Shown here piece by piece: positions 15,822-30,275 of a stretch of DNA of 64,000 nucleotides. The translations under genes were made by a program, and so were the position numbers. A model generated the notes under the pieces. That model was not told the origin of the DNA. It ran no database searches and saw only the letters and a program-made list of their open reading frames with translations. Source of the DNA: Eledone cirrhosa (Eukaryota); assembly GCA_964016885.1 (NCBI GenBank), contig OZ024743.1:194308001-194372000 (forward strand). Reading direction: 5' to 3'. Each line of letters opens with the position of its first letter. Within the stretch, counting starts at the first letter, position 1.

Positions 15822-16161
15822 TTTAGTACAGCATTAACGAAGCTTTAGTTCGCGGCCAAGCTAACGAATGCAAATTCGGTCTGTAGCTTTAGCACTCGGA
15901 TGGAGAAAAGTAGCCCAGAGTAATAACAATACGTTTAGACAGCTTAGCAAATCAAATATAGCGATCGGCAGTCCAGTTGCATCACTAGAGCAACGAAAAT
16001 ACAGGATTCAGATGGTTAAAAAGGTGTGTACGTTGGAAAACGTACTGTACAGATCACGTTATATAAGGGAAATGATAATAAAAATAGTATTTGTAAAGTG
16101 CGATTTTAATCCGCCACTTTTTATTATCATTTACTTAGAAATATATGTGTGTGTATATATG

Positions 16162-16230
<69 letters not shown>

Positions 16231-16254
16231 ATGGGAGGTGGGGTATTTATGTGC

Positions 16255-16400
16255 AGGTTGGTGAGTTAGCGGAAACGTTATATCGTCGGATAAAGTGCTT
16301 TGCGGTATTCGCTCTGACTTTCTGCACTTTAGATTAAATCAAATAGACGTCACCTTTGCCTTTCCTCTTTATATGGTCGATAAATATAGTACTAGTCCAA
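16255..16400 (+). mobile_element. Diverged S1 SINE
   Basis: Degenerate head and a GCCTTTCCTC..GGTCGATAAA body. Confidence 0.5.
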
Positions 16401-17497
16401 CACTGACGTTGATGATTGCACCGCCTCATTTTCTTTCTGTTTGGTTGTTTGTTTCTTTATTTATTTATTCCTTTCGTTCTTTCTTTTATTCTCTATCTTT
16501 CCATTTCTCCCCCTCTCTTTCTCTCACTCTGTTTGGCTTGCCCTTTTAAGTCACTGGAATAAATCGGCTGCGTTTAAAAAAGTTTACTTAAGTTATCATC
16601 CAACCTTGTTTTATATGGAGATTTCTAAAATCAATAAGTAAGATTTAGTATGTTTATCAGTAAAATATATTAAAGAGGTGTGTCACAAGTTAAAGTTTAA
16701 ACTATGCTTTCTATAAGCAATGCATCAGAAGAAAATGGTGGTGTTACAAATGGGGTTAAGATATACTTTTCATAGCTTAATAGTTTTACTCACACTTTAG
16801 CTCTACATTCTAGGGTATAGTCTATTACACTGAATAGAGTACTTCCTTCATCGTTATCAACACAATTTAAACACATAATAGATCCGAACAAAAATTGAAC
16901 TCAGAAAGTAGCGTAAACAGAAAATTTGTTACCACACTTATTCTGCTACCCACTCACGACATGCTAATGAATTTGTAAAAACTTTATGACATTTTCATAA
17001 TTATTGCGTATTTGAATATATTTTTAGAAATATTATATTGTACAGAACTTTATCTTTTGTTCAACTAATAACTCTAATAGACGTATTTGAATACGGCCTG
17101 GGTTGCATCGATGCTAATGGTTTCTTTCTTAAAATCAGATTTCTATGCGCATACACGTTATGAATCCGATTTTTTTTTATCGTTGATTGAGAAGAATATA
17201 TTATTAGAAAGATTTTCTAATTTATTGCTTTCATGTTTAGATTTGTGATAATCATGGAAATGCCAAGGTGTGCTCCGCTCCTACAAATACATGATTAGTT
17301 TCCTTAAAAGGGTCATAGGCATCTGGCCAATGATGTTATTTTCGTGTTGGCAACTCAACTCGCATTTTTACTCGTAATGTGTTTGTTGACTACATGTATG
17401 ACATAGGCAGGAACACAGTCACACAGTATGTATAGATACACACACATATATGCATACACACATACACGCGTGCATATATATATATACACGTATCTCC

Positions 17498-17579
<82 letters not shown>

Positions 17580-17816
17580 TGGCCTCATATATGAGTCTAA
17601 TGTACATTAGGTCAGGTCGGATATTATACACAATTGTGAAGTTCATAAAGACGATACTTTCATGCATGAATACATGTATATATGTAGACAGATGCTTCGA
17701 AGTAAAGTGGCACACATATTCATACACAAATGCACACAATCAAACACATCCATATGTTATATACAAACATATATATATACACACAAGCATATATATATAT
17801 GCATATGTATGTATGC

Positions 17817-17927
<111 letters not shown>

Positions 17928-17957
17928 TACATGTGTGTGTGTATGTATATATACGCG

Positions 17958-18050
<93 letters not shown>

Positions 18051-18171
18051 ACACACACACATATATATATGTATATATATGTATGTAAAAGGTAAACAGA
18101 AATAACAATACAATCGGTACCGTATAAGGAAGGTATATATTAGGTTAACGCTTGATATAGCAGGAAGAGGG

Positions 18172-18208
18172 TCATAACGTTTCGGACGCTAGTCCTTCAT
18201 CAGAAGAA
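18172..18208 (-). ncRNA. Minimal PLE-type HHR (singleton)
   Basis: Minus strand: TCTT-CTGATGA-A-GGAC TAGC GTCC-GAAA-CG-TT^ATGA. Confidence 0.65.
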
Positions 18209-19030
18209 AGAATGAAAAATAAAATAGATTGAGGAGACGGGCTGGTTGGAATTGGAAAAAATGTCTTTAGATAAAAATAACAGGTCCATTCATGTTGACA
18301 TATGCATATAAATATGTATATACATTATAAATATATATATGTAATGAATATATATGCATGTGTGAATAAATATATATATATGGTATGTGTATGCGTCTGC
18401 GTGTGCGTATATATAATATATATGAAAATATTCAAGTATTGTGTACTCTGGTGGGTTATGGTCTAGTTGGTTTTTACCACACACTATCTGATATATAATA
18501 TATATACATATTTCGTTTCTGAATTTGTTTAGCAAGATTCTTTATCTGAAAAAGTGTGTTAAAACCGATATTGTTATACTTTGGGAGGGTCATGTTGCCA
18601 ATAAGAAACACACGCACCAGTTGCTTTCACTTCAATTTATTATAATAAATTTATAAATTTATAAATTTATAAATTTCTGGTTGGTTGCTTGGTTCCACAA
18701 CCAGATAGTTGTTTATATATTGTCAAAGTTCTTTCGTCACACATTCTGTGACCTCACCAGTGACTGGGGATTCCTTTCTTTGTTTTTGTGCCTCTCCTTT
18801 GTTTTGTCCTACGCCATTTTGTTTTTGTGTGTGTGTTGTGTGCTCAGTCTGCGCATGCGCCACATCCGGGTGTCTGTGTGTGTTTATATTCGTTTATTTA
18901 TTTGTTTATTTACATGTTACCGGTTGGTTGTTTGTTCTATGTGCGTGTGTGTTTTCATGTTGTCCTTAATTGTAAGTTGTGATGTTGCTGTTCCACTCAT
19001 GTTTTCTATTTAATTTTGGTTGTAATTCTT

Positions 19031-19738
19031 TTATGTGATTTGTTTAAACATTGCGTCTTTTCTGTGTGTAGATTCTATTTTTATTTCTATGTTCTCTAAT
19101 TTACCCTTATGTTCTATTTTAGCATGTTGGTAGAGTACAGATGATTCTTTACTATCTTGAAGGTCTCGCCAGTGTTCATTTATCCGTTCCCCTACACTAC
19201 GAGCTGTCTCACCTATGTACACTATATTTTTGTCTCTACATTGTCCTTCAGTACATCTTATGCTATATACTACATTTCTAGTTTTACAGTTAATATGGGG
19301 GCTTATTTTACAGGTTATACATTTCTTATCTATACAGGGGGGTCTTTGAAAAGGGTATGTCTTGCTAATAAGTGTTTTTACGGAGGTACCTGGTCTTTCT
19401 ACTATCTTAATATTGAGTTTATGTTTATCTAGCGCTCTTCTAAATTTGTAAGCTAATTCACCTCTAGAGGTTGTATCGATGAACATGACACTCTGGTATT
19501 TATTGCTATCATACCATGAGTTTATTCTATTAGCCTTATTCCTACTTCTTTCTATTCTATTCCAAAATTTGCTCCTATACAAGGGGCAGGTCCCATTTGT
19601 GTCATTATTTACCATTTTTTCCCATTTGGTTCTGGCTCCTCTATACACTCTGATTTTATCTCTCTGATTGTAACCAGAGAACTGCATACGGTGGATGAAC
19701 TGTTGTATGTGTCTCTCTAGTTCTTCGGGGTTGCACAT
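19031..19738 (-). pseudogene. Inverted copy of the PLE C-terminal/GIY-YIG region
   Basis: Peptide nearly identical to ORF 23369-24259, with a short deletion near 19035. Confidence 0.92.
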
Positions 19739-20185
19739 AGAAAGACCAGGTACCTCCGTAAAAACACTTATTAGCAAGACATACCCTTTTCAAAGACCCC
19801 ACTGTATAGATAAGAAATGTATAACCTGTAAAATAAGCCCCCATATTAACTGTAAAACTAGAAATCTAGTATATAGCATAAGATGTACTGAAGGACATTG
19901 TAGAGACAAAATATAGTGTACATAGGTGAGACAGCTCGTAGTGTAGGGGAACGGATAACTGAACACTGGCGAGACCTTCAAGATAGTAAAGAATCATCTA
20001 TACTCTACCAACATACTAAAATAGAACATAAGGGTAAATTAGAGAACATAGAAATAAAAATAGAATCTACACACAGAAAAGACGCAATGTTTAGACAAAT
20101 CACAGAGTCAATAAACATAAAAGAATTACAACCAACATTAAATAGAAAATATGAGTGGAACAGCAACATCACAACTTACAATTAA
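19738..20185 (+). pseudogene. GIY-YIG fragment in the upstream pLTR (frameshifted)
   Basis: ERPGTSVK...YSIRC / YIGET...NSNITTYN duplicates 23751-24259. Confidence 0.9.
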
Positions 20186-20388
20186 GGACAACATGAAAAC
20201 ACACACGCACATAGAACAAACAACCAACCGGTAACATGTAAATAAACAAATAAATAAACGAATATAAACACACACAGACACCCGGATGTGGCGCATCCGC
20301 AGTCTGAGCACACAACACACACACACAAAAACAAAATGGAGTAGGACAGAACAAAGGAGAGGCACAAAAACAAAGAAAAGAATCCCCA

Positions 20389-20431
20389 GTAACTGATGAG
20401 GTCACAGAATGTATGACGAAAGAACTTTGAC
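20389..20431 (+). ncRNA. HHR in the upstream pLTR (family A)
   Basis: GTAA-CTGATGA-G-GTCACA GAATG TATGAC-GAAA-GAAC-TT^TGAC. Confidence 0.65.
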
Positions 20432-20563
20432 AATATATAAACAACTATCTGGTTGTGGAACCAACCAAGCAACCAACCAGAAATTTATAAATTCCTAAAT
20501 TTATAAATTTATTATAATAAATTGAAGTGAAAGCAACTGGTGCGTGTGTTTCTTATTGGCAAC

Positions 20564-23500
20564 ATGACCCTCCCAAAGTATAACAATATCGGTTTCAAAA
20601 CACGTTTTCAGATAAAGAATCTTGCTAAACAAATTCAGAAACGAAATATCGTAAGCCTTAGCCAGGCTAACAAGATACTGAAAACCATCATGTTCTGTTG
20701 TCTACGAAAAACAATAACATCTCGACAACTGCACTTCATAAAAGAATGTGCCTCGTCCCGAGTTTAGACCAACACCATCAACACCGATGTAAGAAGATTA
20801 CAACTCACTAAAAAGCAAGCAGATAGGCTAAAACGAGCACTAATTCTAAACATAAAAAAGAAGATCTATAGAGAATTAAGTCATCAAGAAAAACATAAGT
20901 GTAACCTAATACAAGAAATAACTAGGATCACCACACCAAGAGAAAAACTAATATTTATAAGCCTTATACGTCATGAAGAACAGTACATTAGTCAAGAATG
21001 TGATAAGCACTTTAACAAGAAACTAAAGTGGCTTAAGCAGATAAAACTAAATCAGGATACTGTAGAGAATACCAATAGATATCCCGACAAAATTGACGGT
21101 ATAAATATGGCCGACACCTCATTAACAGATGAGTTCAACAACAACAACAACACAAATATATACGGCAACACGGCAATAGATCCTGATGAATTATCTGTAT
21201 TACAACTACCACCAAAATTTGCGACATTCAAGAAGGTAAATATGATTAGTTGTCTGTCAGAAATAGAAAAATCATTTACAAAATTACGTTGGAGCCTCAA
21301 AAACAAAAGCAAAAACAAAAGTAACAACATACGCACACACATATACAACACACATCCCAACAACAACAGACACACAGACACAAACAACAATAACAACAAC
21401 ACACACACCAACAATAATAACATACTCAGAAACAACAACAACAGACACGCAAACACAAACAACAATAACAACACACACAACAATAATAACACACACGGAG
21501 ACAACAACAACAACAACACACATCAACAACAGCACACATCAACAACAACAACACACACACATTCAATGCCTCTCACCACCACCACAATCTTAACAAACAC
21601 ACAGACACAGAAAACAAGTAATGACAGTAGCACAGAAATCACAGAAATAAGGGAAATAGAATTAAAAGGAGAAGGCAGACTATGGACAAAGAAAATAACC
21701 AAGACGAACACACAGACACACAAAATAGAGTAGATAATAACAATGAGCCAGTGGAAAGAGACAGGAGTAATAATAAGAGACATAGAAACAACCATGAGGC
21801 TGTTGGTGGAAATAGAAATAGAAACAACACAGCTAACAATAACAATAGCACTAGTACACATAAAGCAGCAGCCTGGAACTCTACTTTTTATAATCTCTCC
21901 GATAAGTCGTTCGACCTGCGACGAGTCCACGCCACGACTTTACCATTTAACAAACGCACGCAATTGCCGTCGCAGGTCGATGAACAAACAGAAGCACAAT
22001 TTAGTATAGCTAGATCCGAACTTTAAAATATTATAGAACAGTATAGCAAGAAGCATAATAGAATGGAGGCCCAGCAACTGGGAGAAAAATCTGCAAACAG
22101 CTTGCGTAAGCTCATGCAGCGCTCGCGTAATGGAGAGATAGCATGCTTTCCAACAGACAAGTCTGGCAGAATGTCGGTTGACAGCCTGCCAAACTACATC
22201 CAGGCAATGCAACCCCACATCACTAACACAAGAGAGGTAACACCACAGGAGCATGAGGATAGAGAAAAAGCCCTCAATGCCCATATGGTGATGTGGACGA
22301 ATATAATGCAGCCCAACAAAAGAACTGCCAACAACTTCCAGGCCTGGAAAAATGACGTGCCGGCGTTGTATGGGCTTCGAAAAGACCATAAAACGGGCAG
22401 TGACCCTGTCACGGGACTACCAACACGGCCAGTCTGTGGAGCTAATATTGCTAGTAACTACAGACTGTCCTACTTCCTCTCCCTGATTATACGCCCCATC
22501 ATTGAAATGTCCCCAGATGTATGTGACAGCACGGAGGACCTCCTCAGCAGAATCAGCGAGAGTAACCAATCTAGGGACCTAACTAACTGCATAATAGGTA
22601 GTATGGATGTTGTGTCCCTGTATCCATCTATTGACGTGGATTTTGCTGTGGAGAAATGCGGAGAAATGATCAGTGAGAGGAATGTTGAGTTCCGTGGGAT
22701 TGATACCAATGAGCTGGGACTCCTACTTAAACTTACCTATAGTAATAATTACCTAGACACATATGACCTTAGCAACCTGTGCCCTACAAGACCAGCAAGA
22801 GGCAGACCACCTACCATTACCTCAATGGCCAAGAAAACCCACACAGATAGATGGAACGGGTGGACCAGAGCCATACGGACACCCGAAAACCACGATGAAC
22901 TGAAGAAAATGATTGCACATGCGGTAGGGGTCAACATAAAACTAACCCTTAAGGAACATATGTTCAAATTTAATGCAAAAACATATGCCCAAGAGGAAGG
23001 AGCAGCCATTGGTGTTAGCATTGCAGGCGACATAGCTAACTTATTCATGGTATGGTGGGACAGTAAACTTAAACTTAAACTTAAAGAACAATTAGAAGAC
23101 CCCTTAACCCTGATCATGTTCTCCCGCTACGTTGATGATATAAACATCGTAGTTAAGACACCCCCACCAGAGAACAGTCAGCAACTAGAGAAAAACACAA
23201 TGGAAAGCATCCAGCAAATAGCTAACTCCATCCACCAGATTATTAGAGTTACTATAGACTACCCAAGTAAACACCCCAACCATCGACTACCTGTACTAGA
23301 CACAGAGCTCCGGGTAGATACCATTAATAACAAAAAAACAAATCCTCCATTCCCATTATGCCAAACCCATGACTTCCAAACATCTGATCCACCGAAACTC
23401 AGCTGTTTCGGACCTTTCCAAAATCAACATACTGATTGCGGATTTGGTACGGGTGATGAGAAACGTGTCCCGCATGTGCAACCCCGAAGAACTAGAGAGA

Positions 23501-24259
23501 CACATACAACACTTCATCCACCGTATGCAGTTCTCTGGTTACAATCAGAGAGATAAAATCAGAGTGTATAGAGGAGCCAGAACCAAATGGGAAAAAATGG
23601 TAAATAATGACACAAATGGGACCTGCCCCTTGTACAGGAGCAAATTTTGGAATAGAATAGAAAGAAGTAGGAATAAGGCTAATAGAATAAACTCATGGTA
23701 TGATAGCAATAAATACCAGAGTGTAATGTTCATCGATACAACCCCTAGAGGTGAATTAGCTTACAAAGTTAGAAGGGCCCTAGATAAACATAAACTCAAT
23801 ATTAAGATAGTAGAAAGACCAGGTACCTCCGTAAAAACACTTATTAGCAAGACATACCCTTTTCAAAGACCCCCTTGTATAGATAAGAAATGTATAACCT
23901 GTAAAATAAGCCCCCATATTAACTGTAAAACTAGAAATGTAGTATATAGCATAAGATGTACTGAAGGACAATGTAGAGACAAAAATATAGTGTACATAGG
24001 TGAGACAGCTCGTATTGTAGGGGAACGGATAAATGAACACTGGCGAGACCTTCAATATATTAAAGAATCATCTGTACTCTACCAACATGCTAAAATAGAA
24101 CATAAGGGTAAATTAGAGAACATAGAAATAAAAATAGAATCTACACACAGAAAAGACGCAATGTTTAGACAAATCACAGAGGCAATAAACATAAAAGAAT
24201 TACAACCAAAATTAAATAGAAAATATGAGTGGAACAGCAACATCACAACTTACAATTAA
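20564..24259 (+). pseudogene. PLE polyprotein: N-terminal domain, Asn-rich insert, RT, Cys linker, GIY-YIG (disrupted)
   Basis: ATG at 20564. In-frame TAG at 20765 and TAA at 22024; frameshifts near 21680-21730 and at the A-run ~23335. Motifs: PTDKSG, LYGLRKDHK, RPV, SMDVVSLYPSI, QEEGAAIG, RYVDD, LPVLD, CxxxxCxxC, VVY..YIGET. Confidence 0.92.
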
Positions 24260-24460
24260 GGACAAAATGAAAACACACACGCACACAGAACAAACAACCA
24301 ACCGGTAACATGTAAATAAACAAATAAATAAACGAATATAAACACACACAGACACCCGGATGTGGCGCATGCGCAGACTGAGCACACAACACACACACAG
24401 AAACAAAATGGCGTAGGACAGAACAAAGGAGAGGCACAAAAACAAAGAAAAGAATCCCCA

Positions 24461-24503
24461 GTCACTGATGAGGTCACAGAATGTGTGACGAATGAACTTT
24501 GAC
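24461..24503 (+). ncRNA. HHR in the 3' pLTR (family A; GAAA mutated to GAAT)
   Basis: GTCA-CTGATGA-G-GTCACA GAATG TGTGAC-GAAT-GAAC-TT^TGAC. Confidence 0.6.
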
Positions 24504-24649
24504 AATATATAAACAACTATCTGGTTGTGGAACCAAGCAACCAACCAGAAATTTATAAATTCCTAAATTTATAAATTTATTATAATAAATTGAAGTGAAA
24601 GCAACTGGTGCGTGTGTTTCTTATTGGCAACATGACCCTCCCAAAGTAT

Positions 24650-24701
<52 letters not shown>

Positions 24702-24826
24702 TCTATAGACATGTTTTATGATATATAGATCTGATTATTTAATTTATTAATTCTTCATTGAGCAACAACGTGACCCGTTGCAAAACACATATATATCTAT
24801 GACTTTATATATATATATATGTAAAC

Positions 24827-24891
<65 letters not shown>

Positions 24892-25996
24892 CAGAGTGAG
24901 AGAGAGAGGCAGAGAGGGAAAGAAAGAAAAAGAGCGAGTAAGGGGGGGGGGGTTTCCCTTCTGTCAGTACCTGAATAAATTAGATAAACTATTAAGAATA
25001 TACTGGATATAATTGTCCACATCCTTTTACATTTATCTACGATATGAAATGAGATATCTATGTTTCGCTTTCCAATTTGGCCATCGCTTCACATCGAGAG
25101 TTAATCTTAAACTACCATCTCCATCCCTACACACATCCACATTAACTTATCTCTAATGGGCGTTTCTTGGCAAATTCTTTCTAATATTGACACTAGAATA
25201 TATTCTCGTATTGGTCAACAGGAAGATGATACGTTAAAGTTTATTTAGTCTTTCACTAACTTTTTCTTTATCCTATCTTTCAACTTCTTTCTTTTTTTTG
25301 TTATCTTCTGTGAAGATTATATTTCTTGTCATCGGCAAATCTTTCATAGTGACCTTTTGTATTCAGTCGCCTATCACCTTTAAACAATACTGTCTGTTTC
25401 AGCTACCCACAATCGTCTCTGACATTTTTGTAAGCTGTTCTTTTCTATCAATTGTTTGTTTATACTGAACAAATGCATTTTGACGCTATCTAAATACTAT
25501 GATAACAACAAATAGGAGTCTATATCAACAGTTTAGAAAAAAATGACTTGACACTGTATTTATTATCCTTAATAATCGGTTGAGCTTCCTAAAATTTAAA
25601 CTGTTTTTATGATCCTGGAAGTGATTCGTGCTGGTTCAATTCACGTCTAAAAACGCCAGGGAGTTTTAATTCACGTGGTAAGCAATATTTCTTAATGGTC
25701 AACAGTTACTCTTTTGTCACACTACGGATAAATTCCAAAACACGAAGAAATTTCAATAATGACGATGAATCCATGTCACCTTTTAAAACCGTCTTCTTAA
25801 TAGTTTAGGCTGAGAATAATTGGCAATGCTAATGACACCAACAATAACCTCTATGACTAGTCTGTATGAAGAAAAGAAGTAATTTTCTTAGGTTGGAGAT
25901 CATGTTCTAATTCTAACATCCGAGGAGTTTCCACCAAAGACACACAAGGACAAGTTGGTGATTTTTAGCCGGGTCACCTATTTAGTCGATCAATTT

Positions 25997-26028
<32 letters not shown>

Positions 26029-27589
26029 ACTATGAAGGTTTCGGACAAATTACGTCATGGTTGCGGTCACTTGTCCATTCGGGATGGGACTAAACCGAAA
26101 TCTACGTAGCTACGGCGCGAAATCCCTTCTTAAATACTCAGGAATCCTTGCAGAAAGCAAATTAATGTTGATGAAAAATGGCTGTATTGAAATGCGTTGT
26201 CTTGTAAATATATTTCATGTTATTTAGTTTCAAATAAAAAGGACAATTTTCAATTCAATAATTGTTGGTAATCGTGGGCTTCATCCTAATGTAAAATGTC
26301 AGAAGTTAAAATAGGATTGCTTTGCTAGATCCTCTATCGTAACGATAATTTACGAGATAACAAGAACACAACGAAACACCCATCAATTTTACAGTGCTGG
26401 CTCTGTTTACAGCCATAAGACATTCAGCTATTTGATACCTTATTATAAATGTAACGTTGACATTCAAGCGACTTGGCGAACAGATAATTATATAGAGCAA
26501 TGTAGGAATAGGGGGTATGTATCTCGGGTAACTTTGATGAGGACAAACTATGAACCTTGACATATCTATATCTCTTAGCAATAACCTTAAAAGAGTTGAT
26601 GAGTTATTTTGAATATATAGGATTATTTTATATTTAACAAAATATCACGGGGTTTGAGGACACACGTCATATAAAATGAGGAAACTCTAGAGATATTCAT
26701 TGAAGTACTTAATAATTGTCTATCACTTCATCTTTCACTCCTGAAATTTTGTAATTTCAAAATACTTATTTTCCTGAGAGTAAATACACTAGTTACTGAT
26801 ATGAAGTGTATGTGTATAGAGCTTTTTCAGTCGCCACACTTTTCCTTATATATATAATATATGCATATATACATATATACATACATTTATATATACAATG
26901 ATATTAAATAAATGGAAACTATATTTATAAAACCATATTTATTCTATCAAGGGTACCAAATTTTGGTACGCTCTCATCAGATAAAATACGAAGTGTGTTT
27001 TATAAAAGAGAATATACCTTAACGGTTCAAGTTATCCCTGGATAGTGAAGGCAAAAGAGAAGAAAAGTCAGATATTTCAAATTATTAAGATGAGTATGCA
27101 AATGAGGTTTAGGTAAAAGGGCTGAAAAAAAAACGTTATTTTAGACGCTATGGAAAATTTAAATAATTATGATAAGTTATGCGTAGTAAAGTAGCGAAAG
27201 GAAGGAGAGCTAGCATTTACGTTAATTTAGGGGAAAAGATTTATTTACGTATATTATGAATTATAATATTGTATATATAATCAATTAGATTATATGTAGA
27301 ATTATGGTTGTAAGTATTGTTATCTTATTACATTACGATAGGTTATATGTATATAAATATCAATATATATATTAATAAATTGCGTATGTATTTGTTGTTT
27401 ATATATCAATATACATCAATATACAACGATATAATTAACATCGATATAATTAACTGTCAAAACTCTATTAATCTCTGAACAAAATTATTTTCTTCTTGCA
27501 AACATCGCCAAAATTCCACGTTTTCAATTTATAATATTCCTATACACCTTCAAATTGATCCTACTTTTTAAAAAAATTTTTAAATGTAA

Positions 27590-27712
27590 TTTTTTAAATA
27601 TTTTTAATATTTTTAATAGTTTTTAATATTTTTTAATATTTTTAATATTTCATAAATTTTTTAATATCTCTAATATTTATAATATTTTTAACATATATAC
27701 TTAATATTTTAA
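27590..27712. repeat. AT-rich minisatellite (TTTTTAATA)n
   Basis: Seen directly in the sequence. Confidence 0.8.
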
Positions 27713-27922
27713 TTTCCTACATTATTTTAATTCTGACATTATTATTTTTAATTCTGACATTATTTTTGTAAGGACACCCCTATAAATATATTTTTAGATG
27801 TAGATTGATAATTTTTAAATGACATTCTGAAAACGTATCCTCTTTACGATAGTTCTTCGAAATACACATTACATTTTTCCTCTCTCTTTTTTTTATTCAA
27901 ACATTCACACATCTTTCGACTA

Positions 27923-28105
27923 AAATAATTGTTTCTACCTTTGGCACAAGGCCAGCAATTACCCAGTACATTACTGGTACTTTATTTTATCGACCCCGCA
28001 AGGATGAAAGCAAAGTCAACCTCAGCGGGATTTGAACTCAGATCGAAAAGGGACGTAACTATGCTGGAAAGCATGGCGTCCGACCCTCTACCGATACTGC
28101 CAAAT
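27923..28105 (-). mobile_element. S1 SINE
   Basis: Close match to the family consensus. Confidence 0.87.
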
Positions 28106-29263
28106 AATGGATCTCACACAAAATAATATATAATTTTCTCTAATTTAATGGTTAACAAACAAAATTGGAGTTATCTTTCCTTTCTCAATCCTGCAAACAT
28201 AAACATATTATGTTTGATTATCTGTATAGCTTAACAATATTCTGAAAACATTTTCAATGTGGAACAAAATTTTTGAATCCACAAATTGTTCTACTCTCAC
28301 AAATTGAACCACCTATTTTTTAAGTAAAATACAAATTCAAATCCTTCGTAACTCATATTTGATATATAAACAACTAATACATACGCAATTTATTAATATA
28401 TATATTGATATTTATATACATATAACCTATCGTAATGTGACAAGATATTTACAACTATATTTACAACCATAATTCTTCATATAATCTAATTGATTATATA
28501 TACAATATTATAATTCATAATATAAGTAAATAAATCTTTTCACCCCAAATTAACGTAAATGCTAACTCTCCTTCCTTTCTCTTCTTTCCTACGCATAACT
28601 TCTCATAATTATTTAAATTTTCCATAGCGTCTAAAATAACGTTTTTTTTCAGCCCTTTTACCTAAACCTCATTTGTATACTCATCTAAATAATTTGAAAT
28701 ATCTGACTTTTCTTCTCTTTTCTCTTCACTATCCAGTGATAACTTGAACCGTTAAGGTATATTCTCCTTGGTTATGTCAAAATTTATAAAACACACTTCG
28801 TATTTTATCTGATGAGAGCGAACCAAAATTTTGTACCCTTGAAATATATATAATAGAATAAATATGGTTTTATAAATATAGTTTCCATTTATTTAATATC
28901 ATTGTCTATTATACTCCAGAAAACTTGTTGAGTGCTCTGAATCAGTTATAAACATTTATATTTGTTGAATTACCAACAAATTGAATATCCCTTCAGCTTA
29001 CATTTATATATATATATATATTTCCCCCTTCTATCAGTAGGTTTTTTCCCTTTTTTTCCTTTCTTTCTCTCCCTCATGGCCTTTTAATAGATAAAAGGCT
29101 ATGGGCGCGCTACGGATAAATGTATAGTTAATAATGCGCCGAAACATACGTGACCCGTAGTTAACTACTGACGAAAGGAGACTGTCCACCGCTCGTGTGT
29201 GTCTCCCTACCTTCTAACACACGTTATCAGTAACCACACAGCCCCTCCTCTCATCCATATATA

Positions 29264-29335
<72 letters not shown>

Positions 29336-30231
29336 TATACACACACACACACACACACATATAAATCTCTCTCTCTCTATATATATATAATCAATTCCCG
29401 CATTCTCAATGACCTTTACTTTATAGCCCCATAATGTGCAATATTAAACAGCAACCACCACTGTAGTATGTGAGAATAACTAGGAAAGATTTTTTTAAAG
29501 AGGAAAACCAAATAGGAGAAGCTGAATAAGTAGTTTAAAATTCAGCCTGAAATGAATCTCCGATTAAGGCTAGACATCGTTCATGTGATGATAATTTCAA
29601 ATTGTGAATGCAACTGCAATTATTAGACAACATCTGAAAATATTTTCTTTCAAGCTTTTCAACCTTTTTTTGACAATTCCTCTAAATTGGACGAACCTCA
29701 ATGTAAAATGTTAAATATATAAAAGAAAGGTATCTAAGACAGGTCATCTCCCAAGCGAAAAGTTTACAAAAGAATATATTGTGCCAATTATGTCGAAAGA
29801 GCAGTGTTTGAACACAGAGAAAAATCAGTACATTTGTGAATCTCTCATTCAGAATTTAAAGGAAACAGTGTAGATACACGCACACACACATATATACACA
29901 TATATATCTATATACGTATACATATATATATAAATGTATATACACAACACACAAATATATATAATTGTATATATATATATATAGTGCCTTTGCTCACTAT
30001 AAAAGCTTCACGGCACAGGCATTGCTTTATATCTGGAGATCTCTCTGCCCTTGTCGTCACATGGTACCATGGGCCAAGCACTATGTGTCAATAATTGTCA
30101 CAAGTGGAGTGTTTGTACCAGAGTTTTCAAGTTGCTGGCTGGAATAAATTGTCACACATTCAGCGCATCGGTAGGGGTTCTCCTACATGGATATAAAGTA
30201 GTGGCCATACTCGAAAACGAGTTGGCAGCGA

Positions 30232-30275
<44 letters not shown>

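Larger units (their letters stand above)
18510..24655 (+). mobile_element. Near-full-length Penelope-like retroelement (family A) with inverted and tandem pseudo-LTRs
   Basis: Inverted 3' segment 18510-19738, upstream pLTR 19738-20647, and body with 3' pLTR ending at 24655. Encodes RT and GIY-YIG. Both ends abut TA repeats. Confidence 0.95.
26895..28905. mobile_element. Long inverted pair of family C PLE-like ends (~500 bp arms) around a ~1 kb spacer
   Basis: ~26895-27400 is inverted against ~28375-28905. The HHR at 28801-28860(+) is intact; the one at 26941-26988(-) lacks GAAA/stem III. Confidence 0.72.

Noticed and set aside
20765-22026. Selenocysteine recoding in the PLE ORF, as reported for some Naiad elements
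   Set aside because: The in-frame stops are TAG and TAA, not TGA, and frameshifts are also present.
21052-23117. Minus-strand ORFs over the PLE
   Set aside because: Antisense shadows of an A/C-rich coding strand, with no motifs.
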